Below are positions 1 through 10,365 of a DNA stretch of 64,000 bases, one piece after another (the stretch's first letter is position 1; each line of letters starts with the position of its first letter). Origin of the DNA: an uncultured Aminicenantes bacterium (GTDB taxonomy: Bacteria > Acidobacteriota > Aminicenantia > UBA2199); contig CBDAFS010000009.1 of NCBI GenBank assembly GCA_965195285.1, positions 1 through 64,000 on the forward strand, in the 5' to 3' direction. A program made the translations under genes and the position numbers. The notes under the pieces are model-generated. The model saw only the letters and a list, made by a program, of their open reading frames with translations. It searched no databases and was not told the origin of the DNA.

Positions 1-75
1 AAAAAAAAACACCCTGAGCTTTATCAGGAATTGAAAAATTATTACAATACAGATCCGGTTAACTGGATGGATTAA
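1..75 (+). CDS. 3' end of probable MtfA/M90-family zinc peptidase (partial)
   Basis: Frame 1 reads KKKHPELYQELKNYYNTDPVNWMD*; HPELY..L..YY..DP is typical of the MtfA C-terminus. Confidence 0.6.
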   Translation, partial: KKKHPELYQELKNYYNTDPVNWMD

Positions 76-231
76 AGTTAAAAATTTTTTAGCTGTTGTA
101 TTTTCTCCTGCTATAATGAAAGCCCTGACCCCGCCATATTTGAAATCTCCTGGGTTTTTATCTATAATATTTAAATCGGAGTTGGAATTTGGATATAAAG
201 GAAAAACTGTGGCAAAAAACTTGATTGATTC

Positions 232-930
232 ATGAAAATTGTCTGCCCTCAGTGTAGCGCAGAAATCCAACTGGATAAGCCTGATTCTTATCTCAGCTGT
301 TCCAATTGTAAAAATTTTCTTTTTATTGATTTAGATGACATTGTTGCGATCTATTCATTTAAAAGTTCCATTGAACCGCATCAAATCGGTGCCTACTTGA
401 AAAAGGACTTTGAAAAAAAGGGTTTTAATGAAGAGCTGGAAATTATCGATTCCATTCCGGTTTATTTCCCCTTCTGGAAGGTTGAGGGGGAGCAACAGGT
501 GGTCAGTGGGAATTCACGTTTTCCCCGGAAAACCATTGGTTTCTTATCAGCCAACCGGATTTTCTTTGATGCCAACGCCGTCGATTATCGCATCGAAGTG
601 GTTGAAATCGATACCCAGCCGGATAAGCCCCGGAAAAGAAGCCTGTACTATTATCCTTTTTTTAAGATCACGGTTAAATTCAGGAAAAAAAATCATGATT
701 TCTTTGTAAATGCCGTATCGGGAGAAATTTTCGGAGATCCCATCCCCTTTATTTCCGGAAATGAAGTCAGTCAATTTTTCCCCCTCTTTTTAACCATTTT
801 TCTGGTATTTCTGGTGGTTAATTATGTTTTTGACCGTTTCATTCTTTCAATTGTCATAAATTTGACTCTGTTTTATTTGTTTTTTCAGATTTCTTTACAT
901 CTGATAGAAAAGAGGATTTACAAAAAATGA
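232..930 (+). CDS. Zn-ribbon membrane protein, YdjG-like (paralog 1)
   Basis: N-terminal CPQC..CSNC, YFPFW and YYPFF motifs, VNAVSGE, two C-terminal hydrophobic helices. Confidence 0.6.
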   Translation: MKIVCPQCSAEIQLDKPDSYLSCSNCKNFLFIDLDDIVAIYSFKSSIEPHQIGAYLKKDFEKKGFNEELEIIDSIPVYFPFWKVEGEQQVVSGNSRFPRKTIGFLSANRIFFDANAVDYRIEVVEIDTQPDKPRKRSLYYYPFFKITVKFRKKNHDFFVNAVSGEIFGDPIPFISGNEVSQFFPLFLTIFLVFLVVNYVFDRFILSIVINLTLFYLFFQISLHLIEKRIYKK

Positions 931-1922
931 AAGTCCAGATACACAGTTGCCGACATTGTGGCGGTCCACTCAAAATTCCGGAATGTCAGTTTGTGGTTCA
1001 ATGTCATTACTGCAATAGCCGATATTATCTGAAACAGGATTCACCTCCGGCAGTGGTTTTAAAACCCGAAGTAGGATTAAAAGAAGCAAAAAATTTGATT
1101 TTAAAGGTTTTAATGCATTCTTCCGTGGCCAAGGGATTTGTGCAAAATTTATTCTTTGAAAAGGTCACTCTGTATTATATTCCTTTTTTTGAAATCCGGG
1201 GAATGAAAGCGGGCTGGAATTCACCACTCCCCACTGAAAAAGGTGAATATAATTTCCAGGCTTTTGATTATCTGGAAAAGGCCAATAAACTCAATGATCT
1301 TCAAATCGATTTTTTTAATTATTCTATAGTAGAAGATTCGATTTTGAATGCCCGTCAGATTACCTTCAGTCCGGTAGAGATGAGAAAGGAGGGTGTGATT
1401 ATCCCCCCCGAATCACTTAAATCGCTGAGGAATGAACATACCCAAACTTCATATGATGTGGTGGAAAAGCATTTCCGGGTGGTTTATTTTCCTGTCTGGG
1501 AAGTTGGTTATTCCTATAAGGGAATTGTATTTAAAAGTTATTTGTCCGCCATTGATGGGAAAGCGATAAAAATCCATGCCCTGAAAAACCACCATATCAA
1601 ACTGGTCCTGGCCATTGGAGGTTTGTTTGGCTTGGGGACATTATTATCCCGAAGTTTTAAGCTTGCTTTTGTTATGTCTCACACTCCTTTTGGTGGATTT
1701 TCTCTGTTTTTTTTGGTACTTGGATTTCCCCTTTTGTTGTTTTTAACGGCACTGCTTTTTCCCTATCTGTGGAGAGTGTTTGCCTTTCGTGAAGAAGTCA
1801 TTATTCGGGGTAAGATGGTTGAGACTATTCCCATTAATTATACCGAAAATACCCTGATCCGATTCAGCCGGATTTTCGGAGAGAAATTTACCCGGTTGTT
1901 TTCTATGAAAAGCGAGGACTGA
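927..1922 (+). CDS. Zn-ribbon membrane protein, YdjG-like (paralog 2)
   Basis: CRHC..CHYC, YYIPFF and YFPVW, LSAIDGK, two TM helices; ATGA overlap with upstream gene. Confidence 0.6.
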   Translation: MKVQIHSCRHCGGPLKIPECQFVVQCHYCNSRYYLKQDSPPAVVLKPEVGLKEAKNLILKVLMHSSVAKGFVQNLFFEKVTLYYIPFFEIRGMKAGWNSPLPTEKGEYNFQAFDYLEKANKLNDLQIDFFNYSIVEDSILNARQITFSPVEMRKEGVIIPPESLKSLRNEHTQTSYDVVEKHFRVVYFPVWEVGYSYKGIVFKSYLSAIDGKAIKIHALKNHHIKLVLAIGGLFGLGTLLSRSFKLAFVMSHTPFGGFSLFFLVLGFPLLLFLTALLFPYLWRVFAFREEVIIRGKMVETIPINYTENTLIRFSRIFGEKFTRLFSMKSED

Positions 1923-1951
1923 ACTTTGGTAGGACTTCCGGACAAGTTAAG

Positions 1952-2530
1952 ATGTTGATTTTATTGAATTGTCCGAAATGTCAGAATCATCTTCAGGGCG
2001 AAAACAATAGTAAATTATTTTTTTGTACGTCTTGCAATCTGGCATATGATGTCGGGGATTCCAAACCGAAAATGTATGATTTGTTTTATATGCTTCCCAA
2101 AATCAAGCGTGATTATACCCAGATGTATTTTCCCTTCTGGCAGATTTGCAGCCAGTACAAAATCGTGGAAGATGGGAAGCAGGGTCTGAATCCCCAAACC
2201 AGATTTTTTTACATTCCTGCCTTTTTTATAAAGAATATCAGCTATTTTGGAGATATCGGTTATTATATTACCATGAACAATATTGATTTGAGAACCGGTG
2301 GCAGGAAGGATATCCCGGTTTTCCCAGGAGACAGGGGATTGACGGATTCAATTGTTTACCCGTTGATCTATCTTTACAAAGATGAAACCACCAAGAGAAG
2401 CAATGATACGATTGAAATCAATATTGATCACAAGGAAATTTCAGTTGCCCTTATCCCTTTTTATCGGGTAAAAAATGATTTTTATGATTCGGTTATATAC
2501 TGGAAATACCCTTCCGGTTCACTCATTTAG
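1952..2530 (+). CDS. soluble Zn-ribbon protein (paralog 3)
   Basis: CPKC..CTSC, YFPFW, YIPAF, LIPFY; no TM segment. Confidence 0.55.
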   Translation: MLILLNCPKCQNHLQGENNSKLFFCTSCNLAYDVGDSKPKMYDLFYMLPKIKRDYTQMYFPFWQICSQYKIVEDGKQGLNPQTRFFYIPAFFIKNISYFGDIGYYITMNNIDLRTGGRKDIPVFPGDRGLTDSIVYPLIYLYKDETTKRSNDTIEINIDHKEISVALIPFYRVKNDFYDSVIYWKYPSGSLI

Positions 2531-2581
2531 CCTGTTGTCTATCGTTGGCTGTAATTCCAATTTTAGCGAAAGAATGAGATT

Positions 2582-2610
2582 TTGACAAGAAAATGGTAAA
2601 ATGGTATACT
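2582..2610 (+). promoter_or_regulatory. sigma70 promoter of clpS-clpA-aat
   Basis: TTGACA-17nt-TATACT with extended -10 TG. Confidence 0.75.
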
Positions 2611-2667
2611 TTCCGGGCAGTTTGGGTAGGCAATACCAATTGGTATTTGAGATAATTCTATTTTCCG

Positions 2668-3021
2668 ATGATAAAACATAGATGTGAAATTGACAAAGAG
2701 GGGACGGATTTGGATTTTGATGAATTGGTGGAGATCAAATCCAGAGAAAAAACATCGGCAAAGCCGAGCCCTCCCAGAATGTATCGGGTCATACTTCACA
2801 ATGATGATTATACCACCATGGATTTTGTGATTGAGATACTGGTATCGATTTTTGATAAACCTGCAGCTGAGGCCACCCGGATTATGCTGGATGTTCATAA
2901 ATGTGGTAAAGGGGAATGTGGTGTTTATATTTATGATATTGCCATGACAAAAGTAAATCAGGTCCATCAGCTGGCCCGGAAAAACCAGTTTCCTCTGAAA
3001 TGCAACCTGGAAAAAGCTTGA
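2668..3021 (+). CDS. clpS: ATP-dependent Clp protease adaptor ClpS
   Basis: YRVILHNDDYTTMDFV...IMLDVH...FPLKC; directly upstream of clpA; exact start uncertain. Confidence 0.95.
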   Translation: MIKHRCEIDKEGTDLDFDELVEIKSREKTSAKPSPPRMYRVILHNDDYTTMDFVIEILVSIFDKPAAEATRIMLDVHKCGKGECGVYIYDIAMTKVNQVHQLARKNQFPLKCNLEKA

Positions 3022-3045
3022 TACGAAAGAAACCTGGATCATAAA

Positions 3046-5316
3046 ATGAAAATCAATGAAGAGCTAAATAATATCCTGAATGCTGCCCTGAATGAAGCCC
3101 GGGTAAGGGAACATGAATACGTGACTCCCGAGCATGTTCTGTATGCATCATTATTTTTTGATCGGGGCAGGGAGATCATACATAATTGTGGGGGTAGTAT
3201 TGATAATTTGCAGAAAGAGCTGGACCAATTTTTTAAAAAGGATTATATCCCCCAGGTGAAAAAAAAGGAGCCGGTACAATCCGAAGGATTCCAGCGGGTA
3301 ATTGAAAACGCCATTTTTCATGTGGCTTCAGCCCAGAAAGGGGAATTGGATATCGATGATATTCTGGTTGCTCTTTTCTATGAGAAAGATTCTTTTTCGG
3401 TTCATTTCCTTGAAAAGGAAGGGATCTCCAGGCTGGATATTCTAAGTTTCATTTCTCACGGAATATCAGTCGGTCCTGAGTCCCAGATGGAAGGGACTCA
3501 GGATGGAAAAAAACCCGAACCCCTTCAGATTGAAGAACCTGAAAAAGAGGCTGGCAGGAAGAAGCATAAATATCTTCAACTTTTTGCCACTGAATTAACT
3601 GGTAAAGCCGCCAGGGGAGAAATCGATCCGGTTATCGGCCGAGACGATATTATTGAAAGGACCATTCAGGTTCTGTCCAGGAGGCAAAAAAACAACCCTG
3701 TTCATGTGGGAGAATCCGGTGTGGGGAAAACAGCCATTACCGAGGGACTGGCCCAGATTATAGCCGATGGCGATGCGCCTGCCTTGCTTCGAGACACAAG
3801 GATTTATGCCCTGGATATGGGTGCATTGCTGGCCGGCACAAAGTACCGGGGTGATTTTGAAGCCCGGCTGAAAAATGTAATTGGTGAACTTCTGGAGGAA
3901 AAAAATTCAATCCTGTTTATTGATGAAATTCATAATTTGGTGGGGGCTGGAGCTGTTTCAGGAGGTTCGATGGATGCATCCAATATCCTTAAACCGGCGC
4001 TATCTTCGGGAAAATTGCGTTGTATCGGATCCACTACCTATGAAGAGTATAAAAAGTACTTTGAGCGCGATCGTGCCCTTTCACGGAGATTTCAAAAAAT
4101 CGATGTCCCGGAGCCCACTGTGGTTCAAACCATTGCTATCTTGAAGGGTTTAAAAGAAAGGTATGAAGATTATCATCAGGTCAAATATACGGCTTCAGCA
4201 CTGAAATCAGCTGTTGAATTGTCATCAAAATATATTAATGATCGGTTTTTACCGGATAAGGCGATTGATATTATTGATGAAGCCGGTGCTCTATTGAAAT
4301 TGAAAAACCTGGGATCCAAGAAATCAAAAATCAAAATTGATTCCCCGGATATCGAAAAAGTAGTGGCCATAATTGCCAGAATCCCGGAAAAAACCGTATC
4401 CGAGACGGAAATGGTCAAATTGAAACACTTGGAGTCAAATCTCAAGAGTCAAATATACGGTCAGGATCTGGCAACATCTACGGTTGTAAATGCGATCAAA
4501 AGGGCCAGAGCCGGATTTAAGGATCCCGAAAAACCGGTTTCATCTCTGCTGTTTGTCGGTCCTACCGGAGTCGGAAAAACCGAACTGGCTCGACAATTGG
4601 CTTCCGTAATGGGTATTTCTCTACACCGGTTTGATATGAGTGAATATCAGGAGAAACATACGGTGGCCAGACTCATTGGCGCACCTCCGGGTTATGTGGG
4701 TTATGATCAGGGAGGGCTTCTAACCGATGCCATCAGTAAACATCCCCATTCCATATTATTATTGGATGAGATAGAGAAAGCCCATGCCGATATTTTTAAT
4801 ACACTTCTTCAGATAATGGATTATGCAACTTTAACCGATAATACCGGGAAAAAAGCTGATTTCAGGAATGTGATTATGATCATGACATCCAATGCCGGCG
4901 CCAGAAAACTGGGGAAAACCCAGATTGGTTTTGATGACAAAGTAATCCATCAGGATGCTGTTCACGAAGCCGTGGAAAAACACTTTTCCCCAGAATTCAG
5001 GAACCGCCTGGATGGAGTGGTAATATTCAATCATTTAAATGAGGGTATTGTATTGAAAATTGTTAAGAAGAATATTGATGAATTCAAACATCAGTTGAAA
5101 GCGAAAAAAATCGAGCTTGAGGTTTCGGAGCAATGTTATAAATGGCTGGCAGAAAAGGGATATTCTCGCTTATTCGGAGCCAGGGAAGTTGCCCGTTTGA
5201 TTCAGGAAAAGATCAAGACATTTTTTGTTGACAAGGTGCTTTTTGGAAAGTTGGCCAAAGGCGGAAAGGCCGTGGCCCATGTCCAAAATGATGATATTGT
5301 GATTCAGATTCAGTAG
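3046..5316 (+). CDS. clpA: ATP-dependent Clp protease ATPase subunit ClpA
   Basis: Two AAA+ modules (GESGVGKT, GPTGVGKT), IGF loop, 756 aa. Confidence 0.96.
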   Translation: MKINEELNNILNAALNEARVREHEYVTPEHVLYASLFFDRGREIIHNCGGSIDNLQKELDQFFKKDYIPQVKKKEPVQSEGFQRVIENAIFHVASAQKGELDIDDILVALFYEKDSFSVHFLEKEGISRLDILSFISHGISVGPESQMEGTQDGKKPEPLQIEEPEKEAGRKKHKYLQLFATELTGKAARGEIDPVIGRDDIIERTIQVLSRRQKNNPVHVGESGVGKTAITEGLAQIIADGDAPALLRDTRIYALDMGALLAGTKYRGDFEARLKNVIGELLEEKNSILFIDEIHNLVGAGAVSGGSMDASNILKPALSSGKLRCIGSTTYEEYKKYFERDRALSRRFQKIDVPEPTVVQTIAILKGLKERYEDYHQVKYTASALKSAVELSSKYINDRFLPDKAIDIIDEAGALLKLKNLGSKKSKIKIDSPDIEKVVAIIARIPEKTVSETEMVKLKHLESNLKSQIYGQDLATSTVVNAIKRARAGFKDPEKPVSSLLFVGPTGVGKTELARQLASVMGISLHRFDMSEYQEKHTVARLIGAPPGYVGYDQGGLLTDAISKHPHSILLLDEIEKAHADIFNTLLQIMDYATLTDNTGKKADFRNVIMIMTSNAGARKLGKTQIGFDDKVIHQDAVHEAVEKHFSPEFRNRLDGVVIFNHLNEGIVLKIVKKNIDEFKHQLKAKKIELEVSEQCYKWLAEKGYSRLFGAREVARLIQEKIKTFFVDKVLFGKLAKGGKAVAHVQNDDIVIQIQ

Positions 5317-5317
5317 A

Positions 5318-6010
5318 ATGGCTGTCTATTTGCTGGGGAAGGAGCCGGTTTTCCCACCTGCAGATGAGGCCGATCCAACAGGAATTATTGCCGTGGGAGG
5401 CGATCTGTCACCCGAGCGATTGATTGCCGCCTATTCCAGGGGGATTTTCCCCTGGTATTCTGAAGGGGAACCCATTTTATGGTGGTCTCCCGATCCCCGT
5501 TTGGTTTTATTTCCTGATGAACTTCATATATCCGGGAGCCTAAGGAGATTGTTGAACCGAAATCCTTTTGAGATTACTTTTGACCGGAGTTTTGATGCGA
5601 TTATAGAAGCGTGCCAACAACCACGGAAATACCAGGGAGAAACCTGGATTACCGAAGAAATGGCCACAGCCTATAAGAGACTTCATGAACTGGGTTATGC
5701 CCATTCCCTGGAAGTGCGGAAGAATGATGAAATTGTCGGGGGATTGTATGGGGTATCTCTGGGAAAGTGTTTTTTTGCCGAATCCATGTTTCACCGAGTG
5801 GATAATGCTTCAAAGTTTGGTCTGGTCCGCTTTGTGCAAAAATTAAACGAATTGGATTTTCGGATCATGGATTGTCAGGTTTCCAACTCTCACCTCAAAA
5901 CCATGGGTGCCAGAGAAATTCCCCGAAAGGAATTTCTAGATCTGCTGGATAAATCGCTCCAAAAGGAAAATTTGAAGAGCAGTGGGTCTTTTCTGGGCGA
6001 TCACAAATAA
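5318..6010 (+). CDS. aat: leucyl/phenylalanyl-tRNA--protein transferase
   Basis: GGDLSPERL..AYSRGIFPW, WWSPDPR, GGLYGV, ESMF. Confidence 0.95.
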   Translation: MAVYLLGKEPVFPPADEADPTGIIAVGGDLSPERLIAAYSRGIFPWYSEGEPILWWSPDPRLVLFPDELHISGSLRRLLNRNPFEITFDRSFDAIIEACQQPRKYQGETWITEEMATAYKRLHELGYAHSLEVRKNDEIVGGLYGVSLGKCFFAESMFHRVDNASKFGLVRFVQKLNELDFRIMDCQVSNSHLKTMGAREIPRKEFLDLLDKSLQKENLKSSGSFLGDHK

Positions 6011-6636
6011 ACCCTGTTTCGAACCCGGAGTTTTTCAACATAAATGATTTCACAGGAATGATCCCCTGAATCCGAACGAGAAGTGCTGGTGCTCCACCAG
6101 ACATTTCTCCCTCCCGTCTTGCCGGTAATGTTGATCAAGTAACCCTGGACAGTGATGAGGTCATTGGTTTTTATACTTTTCAGAGCCCGCCGGATATTGT
6201 CGGTTGCCGGAACCATATGGTTATTGCATGAATGATTAATGATATACTGGTTGGATAGGGGGAAATCAGCAGAGTACCGGTAATAGTACCATCGGTTCCG
6301 CTGCCGATAGGATATATATCGATCATATTTTTTGTCTGCCAGATCCCCCCATACCAGGGCCAGATCAACCGGTGAGAGAGAGGATTCCCATCCGCTCGAA
6401 TAGGATCGGGTACTAACGACTCGGGCTGAGATCAGGTACCGGACTACCGGCTTCAAATCGAATAGATTTCCCCCTTTTTGTAGACTGAATGAATGGCTCT
6501 CGTTTAACGATTCCTGGATGGGATCCATTGATGCATCTATGGGATCGGATTCATAACTGATAACGGTTGGCTGGTTGCATGAAGTGATGATAAAAAACAA
6601 AAACAATAATGGTATAATGACCGGAGCACGTTTCAT
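6001..6636 (-). CDS. hypothetical lipoprotein
   Basis: Signal with ITSC lipobox-like end; LSPVDLALVWG, NNHMVPA, STSRSDSGDHSCE conserved-looking motifs. Confidence 0.6.
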   Translation of the reverse strand: MKRAPVIIPLLFLFFIITSCNQPTVISYESDPIDASMDPIQESLNESHSFSLQKGGNLFDLKPVVRYLISARVVSTRSYSSGWESSLSPVDLALVWGDLADKKYDRYISYRQRNRWYYYRYSADFPLSNQYIINHSCNNHMVPATDNIRRALKSIKTNDLITVQGYLINITGKTGGRNVWWSTSTSRSDSGDHSCEIIYVEKLRVRNRVYL

Positions 6637-6649
6637 TGGTTTTGGGTCC

Positions 6650-8233
6650 TCATTTTTCCTGATGCGGGGTTCTGATTAGATCGTTTACAGTCTTGACCGG
6701 ATTGAAGGTGGTAATCGGAACCTCAACAAATAGGGTGATCCAATTGGCCATGGCCCCGTTCCAAAGTCCGGGAAGTTCCAGAGCTTTGAGTGGGTTTCCC
6801 GATACCGTTTTTTCAGCAATAAAATAACTATCCGGATCGATGAATTCGGATAAGTTGAATTTTTCTCCTTTGAAATTTTTAATGCCACAGACGATATCTA
6901 CCGGATTGAAGTGAGTGGATGAGGATAGTATTGATTGCTGTTGTTTTGACTTTGGATTGGCCTGTGCCTTTTCAATTATTTGCAGGGATATCTGGTCTTG
7001 ATGGTCAGAGGTCCAGAAAGGGCCACCACCCGGTTCTCCGGTATTTTCAACCACGCCGCAAATCCGGATGGGGCGATTGAGTTTGTTAAAAACAACAGCA
7101 ATCTTTTTTTCATGACTCCAGCTCCCAAATATTTCAGGAAAATGGATATTGAGATGATTCTGGCAAAATTGAATTGCTTGATCCAGTAAGCTCCGCTTAC
7201 ATTTTTCATTTGTGAATTGTTTTAGATAATTAAATATTTTCCCCTGAACAACCGATAAATAACCGGCCAGAATTTTTTTATACAAAATCACATCATCTTT
7301 CAGGTGATCGGGGACCACGTTATCGATGTTGGTGATGAAAATAAGATCTGCTGCCAGCTTGTTCAAATTTTCAATCAGCGCTCCGTGTCCCCCGGGCCGA
7401 AAAACCAGCTGGCCCTGATAGTCTCTGAAGGGCTGGTTGTCCTTATCCACTGCTATGGTATTGGTGTGAGGACTCTGTATTGAATAAGAGATTCGAAAAC
7501 CACTGGATTCTTGTTTGAATCCGGGCAGGGCCGAATTCAGGTATTGCTCCACTCTTTTCCGATGTTCGGCTGAGACAGTAAAATGAAGCCGGGTGAGGCC
7601 CCGGTCATCTTTGATATATTGACTGGCTTCCACCAGATGTTCTTCCAGCGGGGTCCGGCTGTGGTTGCCGTAGGCATGAAATTTTATCAAGGCCTTGGGC
7701 AGATTGGCATAATTGAGGCCTTTGGAGGTCAGCAGATAATTCAGCACAGTGTTTAAATCCCGGTTATCTTTTATTTTTGGTACATACTGGTTGCCTTTTT
7801 TCATCACAGCGGTCAGGTCTGAACAGAAGGCAAATTCATTTTTCTCAAACCCCTGGATAAAATCTTTCATGAAAATTAATTCCTCAGACGGAGAATTGAG
7901 TTTGTCGGTTTTCAACCAGTCCTCTGTGCCACTCGGGTGGTTCAGGAAAAATAACGGAATCTCAAACATTCTGGTGGCTGCTCCGGAGGCAGGAATGAAT
8001 TTGACCTGCTTTATATGCCGGTGGCTTGATTCGTATTGAGTAATAAACAGATCCCTTTCTGTTTTTGAAACCCGTTTGATGCCATCGTTTATTGAAGCCG
8101 GGCGAATGAGATTGCAGAACCGGGTTCCTCTTTCAAATGCCTGAAGCTGGTTATAAATTTGTTTACCGGATATTCCGAGCTTCTTGATTTGTCGAAGATC
8201 TTCCTGAGTGAGAAATTCCAGATTTACCTTCAT
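6650..8233 (-). CDS. DUF4301 family protein
   Basis: KFIPASGAATRMF, FRPGGHGALIENLN, GEPGGGPFW, THFNPVD, ALELPGLWNGAM. Confidence 0.9.
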   Translation of the reverse strand: MKVNLEFLTQEDLRQIKKLGISGKQIYNQLQAFERGTRFCNLIRPASINDGIKRVSKTERDLFITQYESSHRHIKQVKFIPASGAATRMFEIPLFFLNHPSGTEDWLKTDKLNSPSEELIFMKDFIQGFEKNEFAFCSDLTAVMKKGNQYVPKIKDNRDLNTVLNYLLTSKGLNYANLPKALIKFHAYGNHSRTPLEEHLVEASQYIKDDRGLTRLHFTVSAEHRKRVEQYLNSALPGFKQESSGFRISYSIQSPHTNTIAVDKDNQPFRDYQGQLVFRPGGHGALIENLNKLAADLIFITNIDNVVPDHLKDDVILYKKILAGYLSVVQGKIFNYLKQFTNEKCKRSLLDQAIQFCQNHLNIHFPEIFGSWSHEKKIAVVFNKLNRPIRICGVVENTGEPGGGPFWTSDHQDQISLQIIEKAQANPKSKQQQSILSSSTHFNPVDIVCGIKNFKGEKFNLSEFIDPDSYFIAEKTVSGNPLKALELPGLWNGAMANWITLFVEVPITTFNPVKTVNDLIRTPHQEK

Positions 8234-8430
8234 TCTATTTTTACCTGCCTAAGAAATCATTTCATTAATATCTATACATTGGTTTTGTTTTGATATATTA
8301 TATATTTATCAAAATCATATTATTTTTTCAACATTTTCATTTGAAATATTTCTACCGCTCAGATAAACTGGGTGATTGGAAGTGGTAATGAGTTGAAATT
8401 TAGGGTCAGGGCCGGCATGATAATAAAAAG

Positions 8431-9246
8431 ATGAAAAAATTGAATTTTAACAACCGATGGGTGTTGATCACTGGTGCCTCAAGTGGTTTAGGGAGAGAAA
8501 TGGCCCTGGTTTTGGCTGACAGGGAAAAAGCCAATTTAATTATTGCTGCCAGAAGAAAACACAAACTGGACCTGTTGAAAGAGCAGATAGAGCGGAGTAA
8601 AGATGTCCGGGTAGAGGTCATTCAGATTGATTTAAGCCAGCCGGACGGGGCCGAAAGACTGTTTCAGCAGGCCATTGCCATCGCCCCTGTCTATGCAGTG
8701 GTTAATAATGCGGGCATAACCTTTTATGGAAAGACCGAAAAGAAGCATATTGAATTTTATGAAAAGATCGTTCGGGTCAATTTTTTGGCGGCCATGAAGC
8801 TCAATTTGCTGTTCATACCATATTTCCGGGAACAGGGCGAGGGAGCCGTTCTGAATGTTACCAGCCAAGGTGCCTTTATTCCCATGCCGTATCAGAACGT
8901 CTATGCCGCATCCAAGAGTGCCTATCAGTTTTTCTGTGAAGCCTTGAGGGAGGAATGTCGAAACAGCGGAATAGTGATGTGTATTTACGTTCCCGGTGGT
9001 ATTTATACGGAAATGTATTCAGAATCCGGTATTGAGAAAAATGTTCCCCGGAATAATCTGGTTATGATGACTGCCCCGACTGCTGCCAAAAAAGCCATTC
9101 GGGCCTTTAAGAAAAAAAAGCCCCTGAACATAACCGGGTTGTTTTATAAACTGAACCACCTGATTATCCGGTTTTTCCCCCGCAAGTGGGTGGTGTATGT
9201 GACCGGAAAAATCTATAAGCCAAAAACCGGCAATTCCCAGAAGTAA
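8431..9246 (+). CDS. short-chain dehydrogenase/reductase
   Basis: TGASSGLG, NNAG, YAASK. Confidence 0.92.
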   Translation: MKKLNFNNRWVLITGASSGLGREMALVLADREKANLIIAARRKHKLDLLKEQIERSKDVRVEVIQIDLSQPDGAERLFQQAIAIAPVYAVVNNAGITFYGKTEKKHIEFYEKIVRVNFLAAMKLNLLFIPYFREQGEGAVLNVTSQGAFIPMPYQNVYAASKSAYQFFCEALREECRNSGIVMCIYVPGGIYTEMYSESGIEKNVPRNNLVMMTAPTAAKKAIRAFKKKKPLNITGLFYKLNHLIIRFFPRKWVVYVTGKIYKPKTGNSQK

Positions 9247-9258
9247 AAAAAATCGATA

Positions 9259-10071
9259 CTATTGATCGTAACCGGAATTGAGCAACCCAATCAACTCCCG
9301 GCATTTCTTTTGGAGTTTCAGGATGTTCTCCGGACCCAGTCTTAGAATTTGCTTTTGGGCAGGATTTAAATTTTCAAGTTCCTGTTTTTTAAAGGAATAG
9401 GTGACCACTTTTTTTTCCAGTAGGATGGGAGAGTTGATAACGGGGATTTCCAGTACCACTCTCAGGGCCCGGATGAATGCGGGCCTGAAATCCCCCCCCG
9501 GGTATCCCAATTTCTGGTATGCTTCGTCCAGCAGCGGCTCAATCTGTTGAAAGAGATTAATGAGGGTTTGGGTTTTCAGGGAAGTAATTATTGTGATCAT
9601 CCGATCATAGCGGATATAGTTATTTGGGTCCAGGATCAGGTCATTTTTATTTTTGATGATCTGAAAGGATTTTTCAGGTTTTAAAAATTTCAGGTTGACA
9701 GCCGGATTTTCTCCGTTGACCATATTATCCACAATGGCCACAAACCGCCTGATGATATCCTTTTCCTTCAACCAGTTCCGAAATTCTGGCAGTGAGGAAG
9801 CGCTTTTCAAGCTTTCTTGAATAAAATTGTCACTGTTACTCATGGGGGGGAGGTCAGTTGGTGGAAGGGATTTTTTTTCAGTTGAAGGTTTCTTTGAGGA
9901 CGGTGGCTTACCTTCTGCCTGAGCGGTAAGGAGTGGTTTTCGGTGATCATTGCTTTTGTTAATGACAAAAAAATGAATGTACAGGGCAATAATGGTGACT
10001 GTCAGAAGTATGCTGATAACAATAATGATTCGATATGGTTGCATGGAGATGCCTCTACTTGATGGTATCAT
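9259..10071 (-). CDS. DUF3014 domain protein
   Basis: N-terminal TM, IRRFVAIVDN, PLLDEAYQKLGYP, LNPAQKQILRLGPEN. Confidence 0.85.
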   Translation of the reverse strand: MIPSSRGISMQPYRIIIVISILLTVTIIALYIHFFVINKSNDHRKPLLTAQAEGKPPSSKKPSTEKKSLPPTDLPPMSNSDNFIQESLKSASSLPEFRNWLKEKDIIRRFVAIVDNMVNGENPAVNLKFLKPEKSFQIIKNKNDLILDPNNYIRYDRMITIITSLKTQTLINLFQQIEPLLDEAYQKLGYPGGDFRPAFIRALRVVLEIPVINSPILLEKKVVTYSFKKQELENLNPAQKQILRLGPENILKLQKKCRELIGLLNSGYDQ

Positions 10072-10145
10072 ACTGAAAGCCTACTGAATTGTCAATGGTT
10101 ATTAAAACAATCTGTCGGCTCGGCATTAATCCAATAGTAAAATGG

Positions 10146-10322
10146 TGTTAAATTTTTTTATAGTTAAATATTTTACACATGAAAGCCTGAGTTATTAAGG
10201 GTTTGACAGAATTATAAAATTTTTAAAAGTGTTAAATTTTTTAACAGTTTGAAAAAGCTGTGTTATCAATGGTTTTGCCCGGGAGGTGTAAAAATATTTA
10301 ACAGAAGTTGCAACTTTTAACA
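10146..10322. promoter_or_regulatory. cluster of TGT-N11-ACA palindromic boxes, probable enhancer (UAS) for a sigma54 activator
   Basis: TGTTAAATTTTTTAACA (10230-10246), TGTAAAAATATTTAACA (10287-10303), TGTTAAATTTTTTTATA (10146-10162), AGTTGCAACTTTTAACA (10306-10322). Confidence 0.65.
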
Positions 10323-10365
10323 AGTTGTCCAGTCAGAAAGGGTTGATAACAAACGCTTTTCAGGA

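Noticed and set aside
10230-10246. Rex operator
   Set aside because: The spacer is one base longer (TGTTAA-N5-TTAACA) than the Rex N4 pattern; a sigma54 enhancer fits the context better
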